A DNA stretch of 62,983 nucleotides, the filler included, from an uncultured Methanosarcinales archaeon (GTDB taxonomy: Archaea > Nanobdellota > Nanobdellia > Woesearchaeales > CALCXY01), in NCBI GenBank assembly GCA_964385185.1. It is 18 parts of 18 records of this genome, joined end to end, with 100 filler letters (N's around TTAATTAATTAA, not from the genome) between each part and the next. Parts side by side here need not be neighbours in the genome. Positions count along the whole stretch, not along the records: positions 5,477 to 10,747 come from CAYLOA010000048.1; positions 10,848 to 16,038 come from CAYLOA010000049.1; positions 16,139 to 20,957 come from CAYLOA010000050.1; 15 more parts are not named here. One strand, 5' to 3'. The first letter of the stretch is position 1, and each line of letters starts with the position of its first letter. The translations under genes were made by a program, and so were the position numbers. Shown here in pieces: positions 9,884 through 20,100 of this stretch. Under the pieces are notes generated by a model, which was not told the origin of the DNA, did not search any database, and saw only the letters and a list, made by a program, of their open reading frames with translations.

Positions 9884-10327
9884 ATGAAAGTAATTTGTGT
9901 GACTGGAACGCCAGGGACTGGTAAAACAACGTTGTCAAAGAAGTTGGCAAAGCAGTTGGATTTTAGTTATATAGATGTTAATGCCATGATTGAGAAACAG
10001 AAGATGGAAGAAGGTATAGATAAAAAAAGGGATGCCAAGATTGTTGATCCTTCAAAGTTGACTATGGCTTTGAGTCGTGCTATTGGTAAAGGTCGGAAAA
10101 AGAATGGTGTTATTATTGATTCCCATATGAGTCATTATCTACCTAAAGAGAAGGTTGATTTTGTTATTGTATGTAAGTGTGATTTAGTGGAGTTGAAGAA
10201 ACGATTAGATAAGAAGGGTTATGAAAGTGATAAGATCCAAGAGAATATGGATGCTGAGATTTTTGATGTGTGTTATAATGAGACTAAAGAGATAGGACAT
10301 AAGATCGTTGGTTATGATGGATCTTGA
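9884..10327 (+). CDS. Archaeal/eukaryote-type adenylate kinase (AK6/Fap7 family)
   Basis: ICVTGTPGTGKTT, IIDSH, L.K.GY...KI.EN.DAEI. Confidence 0.85.
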   Translation: MKVICVTGTPGTGKTTLSKKLAKQLDFSYIDVNAMIEKQKMEEGIDKKRDAKIVDPSKLTMALSRAIGKGRKKNGVIIDSHMSHYLPKEKVDFVIVCKCDLVELKKRLDKKGYESDKIQENMDAEIFDVCYNETKEIGHKIVGYDGS

Positions 10328-10349
10328 ATAATTATACAATAGTCAAGAT

Positions 10350-10411
10350 CCACCAAGTTAATTTTACATTAGATTGATACAAAAGTAATGTAAAATTAAC
10401 TATAGTGGTGG
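10350..10411. repeat. Long inverted repeat between convergent genes
   Basis: GTTAATTTTACATTA (10357-10371) / TAATGTAAAATTAAC (10386-10400), 14-nt spacer, outer CCACCA/TGGTGG. Confidence 0.7.
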
Positions 10412-10747
10412 TTAATATACAATATAAAATTCATCGTAACTATAACTATGTGGGGAGTAAGAAAATTTATGTTCACCAATATTTTTGAGTGATTCTGTAT
10501 TTCCATATTTTTTAGCTATAATTCCTTGCATACTTCCTCTATTTGAATGGATTGCAGATTTAACAGGTATTAATACGTTTTTATATTTCATTTTTTTCAT
10601 AATAAATTTACTCAATTGTATAATTTTATTAAATACTTGTTCTGGAGACACTACATTTAAAATTGAAGATGAAGGTTGAATGGAAAGGACCAAGTATTTT
10701 TCCCCTTCAGATTCTATAGTTCTGAAAATTGCCCCACCATGGGCATC
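10412..10747 (-). CDS. Hypothetical protein, 5' truncated
   Basis: Frame stays open to the contig edge. Confidence 0.5.
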   Translation of the reverse strand, partial: DAHGGAIFRTIESEGEKYLVLSIQPSSSILNVVSPEQVFNKIIQLSKFIMKKMKYKNVLIPVKSAIHSNRGSMQGIIAKKYGNTESLKNIGEHKFSYSPHSYSYDEFYIVY

Positions 10748-10849
10748 NNNNNNNNNNNNNNNNNNNNNNNNNNNNNNNNNNNNNNNNNNNNTTAATTAAT
10801 TAANNNNNNNNNNNNNNNNNNNNNNNNNNNNNNNNNNNNNNNNNNNNCA

Positions 10850-11812
10850 TCCTCTGATAAAAAGTTTGCCGAGGCCCTTTGTCATGAAAAATCATGGGCC
10901 AAAAAACAATTCCAGGATGATTATGTTACATTCCTAACCTGGACAGCGTTATCTATTGTTCATTATGGAATTCCGAGAGAAAAATGGCCTGTGGACATTG
11001 GTGGGACTACTTTTATGGTAAGCGATGAATCTATGGAAGCCTATACCTGGCTATCCCAACAGGCTATTCGTGAGAGCTGTGCTTATAGAGGAGACTCTAA
11101 CTGTTCTTTTGACTCATATATAAAAGGGGTTTTGAGGTCTCACAAGACAAGAAATAATTGGATTAATACTAAGAAAGGTGCTGGCTCAGGACTTGTCTCA
11201 ACACCAGTGCCTAAGTTCATTCCTGAGTGTATTAGTAGACTGAGCCCTTTACATATAGAAGTACTTACTGCATTGAGATACAAGAAAGATAGAAACTCCA
11301 TCTGCAGTAAGAACAAAATAACTGAAAGTGAATATGAGAAAGTCTTTAATGAAATTGTCAGAATCCTGCATTCAGAGGACTATGGATCACTGATTAAAGA
11401 AATATCTTATGAAACGGACGAAGGTGAAATTAAACGTTTAAAGACTCGACCTCTTACTCCTCCCGATATGTTAGAAATAAGTCAGTATTCGCATGCAATA
11501 AATAAAACACTAGAAATGTTGAATAAGTCAAAAAGACGTCTAATCTATCAATACTGGAGCGGTTTAAGTGTAGATGAGATATTTAAGAATTGGTCGAAAA
11601 CCCCCTCAGGACAGAAACATCTTAGAGAACTTCAAATTACTTCTTCAAAAAACATCTATGCTAGAGTGACTAAAATCTCAGAAGAATCCTTAACAATCTT
11701 TAAAGAAGTATTTCCAATTGAGTTCAAGGAAAGTAATATGACTCTCCCCAGGCTAAAGAGAGTATTTAGTACATACATCAATTATTATTTGTATCCGGAT
11801 AATGTTGCTTGA
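10850..11812 (+). CDS. Divergent ECF/sigma70-like transcription factor (5' truncated)
   Basis: Frame open from contig edge (SDKKFAEALCHEKSWAKKQFQDDY); region-2-like YRGDSNCSFDSYIKGVL; region-4-like LEMLNKSKRRLIYQYWSGLSVDEI; precedes a zinc anti-sigma. Confidence 0.55.
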   Translation, partial: SSDKKFAEALCHEKSWAKKQFQDDYVTFLTWTALSIVHYGIPREKWPVDIGGTTFMVSDESMEAYTWLSQQAIRESCAYRGDSNCSFDSYIKGVLRSHKTRNNWINTKKGAGSGLVSTPVPKFIPECISRLSPLHIEVLTALRYKKDRNSICSKNKITESEYEKVFNEIVRILHSEDYGSLIKEISYETDEGEIKRLKTRPLTPPDMLEISQYSHAINKTLEMLNKSKRRLIYQYWSGLSVDEIFKNWSKTPSGQKHLRELQITSSKNIYARVTKISEESLTIFKEVFPIEFKESNMTLPRLKRVFSTYINYYLYPDNVA

Positions 11813-11898
11813 AAAAAAACCAAAAAAACTGAAAAATCCTTCCTCCTAATAATTAAAGAAGAATATCAATAAAGAACTTTTGACCAAGAAAATCAATT

Positions 11899-12705
11899 AT
11901 GAGTACAGATAGAACAAGCAACCAAAAGCATCTTACTGATGAAGAGTTCATAGGACTTCAATCAGAAAACAAAACAGATGTGTCCAGACAAGATTTGTGG
12001 TCTCATTTGGAAGATTGCGACAAATGCTTTACGAAATTCAATATGTTTGGTACCAGTCTCGATAATGTTAGGAAAGATAAAGAGCACTTTAAGGACATTA
12101 CGGTAAGGCCACTTCCAAAGCCACCAAAGCCAGAACCACCCGGTGTTGGACCCCAACAATTTCACGCAAGTATTGAGCCAAGTGCACAACCATCAGTAAA
12201 AACTGCGGCTGTCCCATGGACCTTGCTGGGCTTAAATCAGCAAAAATGGATGTTAACTGCCGCCTTTGCTACTACGGTCCTCCTGGTAGTGCTGATCCAA
12301 CCACCTTCGTATGCATTCACTGACATAGATTTTAAGCGATCAGTAAATGTTGAAGGAAGATGGAGAGGGAGTAATGAATCACTCACAGCTGATGAAGATA
12401 TTCCGGAACTAAACTACAGCGATGGAAATCTTAGGATAGAATGGACCCAAAACAATGCCAGATCAAACTTATATAAAGTGGATGTTAATGGGGATATGTT
12501 CCAAACAAATACACCTTATTTATTAATTAAAGACATTGAATTTTCGATAGACACTCTCCATTTATCTATCTCTGAGATCATTAGTGATCACAGTGGATCT
12601 GATTATCAAAAACTCAAGCTATCGGAGGAACTTTACAGCGGCACAGAATATGGATTAACACCAGTAAATAAATTGGAGGTGACATATTTGATTAAGGAAA
12701 AATGA
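11899..12705 (+). CDS. Zinc-finger (HxxxCxxC) membrane anti-sigma factor-like protein
   Basis: HLTDEEF...SHLEDCDKC ZAS motif, Pro-rich linker, single TM helix, C-terminal extracytoplasmic domain. Confidence 0.7.
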   Translation: MSTDRTSNQKHLTDEEFIGLQSENKTDVSRQDLWSHLEDCDKCFTKFNMFGTSLDNVRKDKEHFKDITVRPLPKPPKPEPPGVGPQQFHASIEPSAQPSVKTAAVPWTLLGLNQQKWMLTAAFATTVLLVVLIQPPSYAFTDIDFKRSVNVEGRWRGSNESLTADEDIPELNYSDGNLRIEWTQNNARSNLYKVDVNGDMFQTNTPYLLIKDIEFSIDTLHLSISEIISDHSGSDYQKLKLSEELYSGTEYGLTPVNKLEVTYLIKEK

Positions 12706-12720
12706 GAATCATAGAAGAGT

Positions 12721-15480
12721 TTGATGTTTAATATTACACTATATGTTCTTTTCCCTCTCCTTCTTTCCTGGAGGATTGTATTTTTATTAACTACTGTTAT
12801 CGGTAAGAAAAAATATTTCCACCCTTATCTCACGGATGTTCTGAAATGGGTCCTTATCTGTTCAATTTCTTCAGTCTTATTAACACTAGGGTACATATTT
12901 ATCGCAGGAGTAGAATATGTAACCTTCTTAAAGACTAAGTCTTCTTGGACCTACTTTGAGTATACTTTTTGGCTCTGGGTATCCATAGAAGTAATAGGGG
13001 GTCTAGTAGTTCCTCTGTTACGCATGATTTTAAATTTTACGGTAGGATTGCTTTTACCCAGATATGCAAGATACTTAGTCCTGTCTCTTACGTTACTTGC
13101 CGAGGTTATTTTTCTTGGGATCATGTATACCTTCAGTTATGTACGGTACGCGGATAAGGTTTTCGACAGCTCCAGCAAAATATGGTTCCAGATTATTGGT
13201 TTTGAACTATTCGTATATGCTGTTGTTATGGCTATCTGTACTTGGTTCATAATGTTTCCATATTCAAGTGTTGAACTAGGGAATTTAGAGAAAAGGAAGC
13301 ACCTCATAAACCTAGGCCTGCTTGTTCTAGTTACCTCAGGATCCTTTTTTGTAACGACCATGGCGGCGGATTCTACGATGCGTCGACAATACATGACTGG
13401 CTCAATAGGTTCAACAAGTGATATAGATGCGATTAAGGCAATGGACATTTATACTGAACTTGAGGCAAAAGTCATTGAGGTTGCACCAGATACACTTGAC
13501 CTAATCAGCTATGCAAAAGATTATATGGCTAGTTTTTTCAATGAACAATACTCGGTTATTGACTCTCTTAGTTATGAATTTAATGAAAGGTTCAGGTCAG
13601 CTGTTCTCATGGATGATAAAACTGCCATGCAAGATAACCTAAAACAGTTACTTGGAAGCAATCGTAATTCTCCTAAAGAAGTAACTTTTGGCCATGATGT
13701 AATGCAATTCGTTTTCCTCTGGGACATGGATCTTTACCAGCACAGAAAGGAATCTGAATGGATAATTGAAAACGCTTACATGCACTTGAGAGGATTGAAA
13801 CTTGACGAAAAAGATTATGATGAATTTCAATATTACCGATTAAAACAGATACGCATCCTCATTTATTACCAAGGACTGGCCCTTGCATTTGGCCATACTC
13901 GCCTGGCTTATAAACTTTATGAGGACATATACCCTCATCTAAAAAACTTGGTCGTAGAAGATTTGATAGGTGCAACCATTGGATATATTGAATTAGCCAA
14001 AAGCTTCAATGCTGGCGGGCGCTTTCACAAAGCTGAACTATTGTTAATTGAAATGGCCTATTTTCTCCAGAAATACAATAATCAAATACCTGAAAAAATA
14101 GACCCCCACATGTATTCAGTTATTTCAGGGGCAACCGATGACATGAAAGCCATACTTGCTGAGAGCATTATGAGGCAAAGATATTCCAGTGAATTCGCAC
14201 TTCAATTGTTTCGTGAGGCTGTTGAAAAAGATGATGGAATGTTGCTTGTTAATAAACCCAGTTTTGCATCTTTTAATTATCTAAATCATTACCATAGATA
14301 CTACGAACTAGCGATATACTATGTTGGAAACTTTGTTTACATGTATCCCTCTAAATCTCACCTCGTTGCCAACGATATTGTCTCTCTAATTGAAAAGAAT
14401 AAGTCAAGAGCTTATAAAGCATCAATTGACGCTGAATGGATTAAGTCCCCCCCAGTAATGTCCGATGATCGTGCTGGATTAAACTACATAACTACCGACA
14501 GAGTCATCCTAGGTCAATACTACGATTCAGATACAACAATCAGTTTTTCAATAGACACACAACTTAAGGACTATGATCTCCAGACGATCTGGATGAAAGC
14601 TCGCTGGGCTCTGATAGATTTCAAAGATCCTATTAATGAAATTGAGCTATTAACAGACTTACTTATTCCAAAAGATATCAGGACAAGATTGGAGAACAAG
14701 CATCTCTATATAAGTCCAGATAATTTTCTGCAGGAGATGCCATTCCAATATCTTCTTGATGATACTAGACTTAAGTCTATCACAATAATTCCTGGATTCT
14801 CGTATTTCACAAATCAAGAACAAAAAGCTAAGGAATCATTATTAGCAGTTTCTGTGGCAAAACCTAATCCTTCTGGTAACAAAGTATCAGCTGAGGACTT
14901 ATTAATATCTTGGTTCAGGGAAGATGAAGACTCGCTATTGTTTGCTGTAGAAGAAGCCCGGGATTTAGCTGCAATGAGCCAGAGCTTCATGCCAGGGCTG
15001 GTAACCCACAAAAACGAGGCTACAGAGACCTGGATCAAAGATAACATAGCCAATTATGATATAATTCATTTCTCCACGCATTCTAAAGCCAATAAAGGTT
15101 CAGTTTATAAACAACCAGGAGTACTCTTGATAAGTGACGAGTACAACGATGGATTGTTGAGTGGGTCAGAAATAAATGAAATGAAACTAAATGGTCAGTT
15201 TATAATGCTCTCATCATGTGAAGGAAGCATCGGATCATATGAACAAGGAGAAGGTATCATGAGTATTGCAAAGGCATTTATTGATGCAGGAGCTTCTGGT
15301 GTAATCGCATCGCTGTGGAAAGTAAATGACAAAAGCATCCATGATTTATCGTTGAAATTTTACAGCAATTTTTTTCAAGGAATGTCAGCTTCTACCGCTT
15401 TATATGCGGCACAAGATAATTACTCCCAGGTACATTCATTTTTAAAATACCCTTTCATTTTTGTATCCTCTAACTATTGA
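12721..15480 (+). CDS. Membrane-anchored CHAT (caspase-like) protease
   Basis: About 6 N-terminal TM segments; C-terminal ISPDNFLQEMPF, ATET, catalytic HFSTH and LSSCE, AGASGVIASLWKVND. Confidence 0.9.
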   Translation: MMFNITLYVLFPLLLSWRIVFLLTTVIGKKKYFHPYLTDVLKWVLICSISSVLLTLGYIFIAGVEYVTFLKTKSSWTYFEYTFWLWVSIEVIGGLVVPLLRMILNFTVGLLLPRYARYLVLSLTLLAEVIFLGIMYTFSYVRYADKVFDSSSKIWFQIIGFELFVYAVVMAICTWFIMFPYSSVELGNLEKRKHLINLGLLVLVTSGSFFVTTMAADSTMRRQYMTGSIGSTSDIDAIKAMDIYTELEAKVIEVAPDTLDLISYAKDYMASFFNEQYSVIDSLSYEFNERFRSAVLMDDKTAMQDNLKQLLGSNRNSPKEVTFGHDVMQFVFLWDMDLYQHRKESEWIIENAYMHLRGLKLDEKDYDEFQYYRLKQIRILIYYQGLALAFGHTRLAYKLYEDIYPHLKNLVVEDLIGATIGYIELAKSFNAGGRFHKAELLLIEMAYFLQKYNNQIPEKIDPHMYSVISGATDDMKAILAESIMRQRYSSEFALQLFREAVEKDDGMLLVNKPSFASFNYLNHYHRYYELAIYYVGNFVYMYPSKSHLVANDIVSLIEKNKSRAYKASIDAEWIKSPPVMSDDRAGLNYITTDRVILGQYYDSDTTISFSIDTQLKDYDLQTIWMKARWALIDFKDPINEIELLTDLLIPKDIRTRLENKHLYISPDNFLQEMPFQYLLDDTRLKSITIIPGFSYFTNQEQKAKESLLAVSVAKPNPSGNKVSAEDLLISWFREDEDSLLFAVEEARDLAAMSQSFMPGLVTHKNEATETWIKDNIANYDIIHFSTHSKANKGSVYKQPGVLLISDEYNDGLLSGSEINEMKLNGQFIMLSSCEGSIGSYEQGEGIMSIAKAFIDAGASGVIASLWKVNDKSIHDLSLKFYSNFFQGMSASTALYAAQDNYSQVHSFLKYPFIFVSSNY

Positions 15481-15512
15481 CCGTTCAAGTTAATTAAATA
15501 GGAGACAGTAAT

Positions 15513-15776
15513 ATGTATATACTAGGTCAAATAATAGGGGGTGTTTCAGGTCTTGTTCTTTGGTTGTTCTGGTTAGGGGCTTTTATTGATTGGTGGGGTA
15601 AGATCCTCGGCATTTTTGCTGCGATTATACTCACACCTGGAGTTGTTGTTTTCCCGTTATTGTACTGGATGATAGAAGGTGTTTTTCCTACAATGTATTT
15701 TGTGATATGGGGTATATCCTTGTTTGGGTTATGGTTGTCGTACATCGGTATACGAGCCGATGAAGAAGGATATTAG
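15513..15776 (+). CDS. Small membrane protein
   Basis: GGAG RBS; three hydrophobic helices. Confidence 0.65.
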   Translation: MYILGQIIGGVSGLVLWLFWLGAFIDWWGKILGIFAAIILTPGVVVFPLLYWMIEGVFPTMYFVIWGISLFGLWLSYIGIRADEEGY

Positions 15777-16139
15777 TAGCTCAAAAAGGACCCTCAGGCT
15801 AATCTTGAGGTGTCTTTATTACAGGAAAAACTAAGATCCAAAAAAAGCATTTATAATCAATAAAAATAAAATAAGATCTCTCAGCTTTTGTGCTTTTGGG
15901 TTGTAGGTAGATACATATCTGGTCTCTTTTTGTATTACCACATCTTTGGTTAAAGAGTAATCAAATCCAACTTTGTGTTTTATTTCCTTACTCTCCGATA
16001 GTACATCTTTAACATAATTAATGTGAATTGCTTTGTAGNNNNNNNNNNNNNNNNNNNNNNNNNNNNNNNNNNNNNNNNNNNNTTAATTAATTAANNNNNN
16101 NNNNNNNNNNNNNNNNNNNNNNNNNNNNNNNNNNNNNNA

Positions 16140-17132
16140 GGTGTATCTGAACAATTAGATGAGCCTGAAGGGTTCTTTACACAGAATTTTGATATTGTGT
16201 TTGATGGTAAAGTGTTCAATGAATTTGATGAAGTTGCCATAACAAGTCTCGTCGGAAGTGATTACACATTATCATTTACCAATGGAAAAGGTATACTCGT
16301 ATCAGTGCCATTGGTTAGTAGGTTGGTAGGAAGACCTAAGATGGGATCACCTGCAAACGGATTAGGTATTGTTGAAAGAAGATCTACTTCATCTCTTCTG
16401 GAGGCAACCTTCCCTATTCTCGACAATGACTATTTTATTGTTAACAATAATGAACCTTTAGGACAAAAACAAGATGGGATCACCTATGTATTGCAATACA
16501 AAGGACTAGATTCCACAGATAATGTTATCAAATTTAAGGAAATTAGCTCAGGGGATGTATTTGAAGTTGATTATGAAGAAAGTGATGACCTCATTACAAC
16601 CCAATTCCAAATAGCTGGTCATACCTATCTTGTGGAGATTTCAGTTGATTTAGACGATTCTGCCATTAGTGTTGACCTTGATGGAGATGGATCGATTGAT
16701 ATTGGTGAATCTCCTTATATCGTAACTAAACATGGACCGTATTTGAGGTTTGTAGATTCGGGAAACTTTAATGGAATTATTGATGGGGAAATTTTTACGC
16801 TTGCTGTTACAACAGATTCAAGTTTAATTGAGGAAGCCATTGAAGATGAGATCGTTAATATTCATATGAAATATAGTAATAATCAAATAACTGTAAATTA
16901 TCTTGATGCTATTGCTCTTCAAATGGATGATGATATTCCGATTGTTAAAGATCATTTAACTGGATATGCTAGACATTTTCAAAATGGAATGCACAGAGTA
17001 GGAGATGGCCCTAATAGGGAAGAGATAAGTACCTACGGTATTGAGTTTCTTCAATACGGGAGTAACTCCAATTTACGTATGTCAATTCCTAAAATTCAAA
17101 AAGAAGTTTTAGTATCTGTTGTAGTTAATTAA
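16140..17132 (+). CDS. Acidic S-layer-like surface protein (5' truncated)
   Basis: NDYFIV...TYVLQYKG.D..DNVIKF and VDLDGDG resemble the DPANN S-layer central domain. Confidence 0.5.
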   Translation, partial: GVSEQLDEPEGFFTQNFDIVFDGKVFNEFDEVAITSLVGSDYTLSFTNGKGILVSVPLVSRLVGRPKMGSPANGLGIVERRSTSSLLEATFPILDNDYFIVNNNEPLGQKQDGITYVLQYKGLDSTDNVIKFKEISSGDVFEVDYEESDDLITTQFQIAGHTYLVEISVDLDDSAISVDLDGDGSIDIGESPYIVTKHGPYLRFVDSGNFNGIIDGEIFTLAVTTDSSLIEEAIEDEIVNIHMKYSNNQITVNYLDAIALQMDDDIPIVKDHLTGYARHFQNGMHRVGDGPNREEISTYGIEFLQYGSNSNLRMSIPKIQKEVLVSVVVN

Positions 17133-17180
17133 CACAAACATTTAAATAGCAAATTCCTAGAAAATAGAGTATTACAAAAA

Positions 17181-20100
17181 ATGGGTGGTAAAAAATTAGT
17201 GGTTTTAAGTGTAGTGTTAGTTTTCGCATTTTTAGGCTGTACTCTCCCTCCTTCTCCTAGCAGTCCTGGATTGTCAGGAGAAGATTCTGGATTAGTAGGG
17301 TTTGCATTTAGACACCTTTCGTATGGTTCTCAAGGACTAGAAGACTTTTCTCCACCTATTGATGTGTTTGATAATGATCGAGTCATTTTTAATGTACTTG
17401 ACGAAATTTCTCCTAGAGATGGAGAAACTACTGTCGAACAAGAGTTTGATTACTTTCAACCTGGAGGATATCTCTGGGGAGATATATATTATCTTGATTA
17501 TGAGGATTTTAAGTGGAGACCTTATTCTTTAGGGGAATCAAGAGTAGGAAACAGTAATTGGATTGCTGATGGATCATTTGAATATCTTAGATTGCCACTT
17601 TCCTCATTACAAGAAGGGGAAAATTATATCATTGCATACAGTTGTAAAAAATATGATGATGAATGGAAATGTGGGTGTCTCACCCAAAATGGTCCTTGTA
17701 ATCAATGGATGTTACAAGAATATGATTTAGATTTAACAAAATTACCTCCTGGCCCAGTGGATCCACCTGGAATAGAACCTGAAAGAGATGAAGTTGAACT
17801 TGGATTTGATGTGGATGGACGAGAGTTTAATCATGGAGATAAAATTGAATTAATCGGTCCTTATTATTCTGAAGCTTTTGGTAAAGGAAAATTAGAAGCT
17901 GAATATGTATTTAACAGTTATATTGTAGAGATGGAAACTCCTCCTTTATTGGCAAGGCATGCTGAGATTGGAGCAGATTATACAACAGGATTAGTGGGTA
18001 ATGCAATTAATATTGCAGGATTAATTTCTCAGTCTTCAAAAGAAAGACTTAAAGCAGATTTTGAACGAGAGAGAAAACTTATGATTGATGAGCAACAAGA
18101 AGTGCTGGATGCTTTATTGAATCGAGGTTTTGTAGGAAATTCTATTGCGGCCTCTACCGTACGAGTAAAAGAGTCGTATACTAAAGTGTTTAATGGAATG
18201 GCGATGAATATGCCAGAGGATAGAGTCGCCTATGTTGAATCCTTACCAGGAGTAAAAAGAGTTTCTCAAGAGAGAAAATTAGAGGCATTTTTAGATATAG
18301 CATTACCTGCCGTTGATATTGCAAAATTACACTCCTTAGATGAAAATGGAGCAGATTGTGAAGAGAGTGGAAAAGAATGTATTACAGGAGAAGGTGTTAC
18401 TGTTGCTGTTATTGATACTGGTGTAGATTATACACATCCAAGTTTAGGTGGATGTTTAGGAACAAGTTGTAAAGTTATTGGAGGGCATGATTTCGTCAAT
18501 GATGATAGTAATCCTATGGATGATCATGGTCATGGAACGCATGTTGCTTCTACTGTAGCTGGAGATAACGATGTTATTGGAGCTGCACCTGGTGCTAGTA
18601 TTTTAGCGTATAAAGTTTTGGATGCTGGTGGTGGTGGTAGTGAGGCAAACATTATTGCAGCTGTTGAACGTGCTGTTGATCCCAATGGAGATTTAGATTT
18701 TAGTGATCATGCAGATATCATTTCTATGAGTTTAGGAGGATTTGGCCATCCTGATGATCCCTTAAGTACTTCTATTGATGTTGCCAGCGAAGCTGGTGTC
18801 TTAAGTGTTATTGCTGCAGGTAATAGTGGTCCATTTCCTGGTTCAATTATGTCTCCTGCAGGTGCAAGGAGTGCTTTAACTGTGGGTGCATCATGTACCC
18901 CTGATCAAGTAGGAAGTCATTTTTTATGTAATACAGAGATTGCTGATTTTTCTTCACGAGGTCCAACAGAACTATTGACTATTAAACCTGATGTGTTAGC
19001 TCCTGGAGTTGAAATATGTGCTGCAGAAGCAGGTGTAGAAACTGGACAGACAGAGTGTGGAAGTCAAAAGATTACTATTTCTGGTACGAGTATGGCAACA
19101 CCGATTGTTGCTGGATTAAGTGCCTTAGTTATGCAGGTACATCCTGATTGGACAGCTCAAGAAGTAAAAATGGCTATAAGGAATAATGCTAATGGTCTTT
19201 CATTTGATGATTTTGGAAAAGGATATGGAATTGTAGATGGAGATTCAGTCTTTGGTAGTACACCTCCTGTTGCGATATTAGGAGAAGTTGGATTTATAGA
19301 TTCAGATCAACCAATTGAAGCTAAAATATCGGCGCATTCCGATGATTATCTTGAGACTCGATTTTATATTGGAGAGGGAGAATTTCCTGATCAGTATGAA
19401 TTAATCATAACAGATTCAACTGAATTCTTTGATGGAACAGTTGCAATCAATAATCAATACGATGAAGGAATTTACCAATTATTAATAGAAGTTGAAGACA
19501 CTCATGGAGTAATCTCAAGAGATAAAGTTTACTTTGTTGTTGAAGAAGATGATGAACCTCCTAGGCCACCACCAAATACAGGTCATTTATTGGGATCGTA
19601 TGTTCACAATCCTACAAATCAACCTATTACAGGAGATTTAGAGTTTGAGATTCGAAAGATACAACTTGGTGATTCATTTGAATTTCTTCCTAGTCCTGAC
19701 AATGGAGATATTGATTTAGGTCGTGACACTATTGATCCAGGAGAGGTTGTTGACCTTGCAAGGATTTGGAATGATGAAATTGAATTATTTACTCCAATTG
19801 AGGCAGGAACCTATCTTGTAGGGGTTGGTTTTTACTATCCTAATGGAAATGGATATGGTACAGGGACTACGGTTGATGTATTATGTGAGACTGATCAGCA
19901 ATGTGGACCCTTTCAAGGATGTGTTCAAAATGAATGTGAATTATTAACCTGTACAGAACAAGGAGGACAGGTTTGTCCGGGAGAATCAACTTGTGCAGAC
20001 CCTACTACTCCCGCTGACGGGACAGATAGCTGTTGTTTGGCTGGTTGTGATGGATTAGATTTATGTGAAAATGTGATATGTGAGTTTAACGAAGCATGTA

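Noticed and set aside
10357..10400. attC or dif site
   Set aside because: GTT/AAC cores are in the wrong order for attC, and the 14-nt spacer does not fit the 6-nt dif spacer
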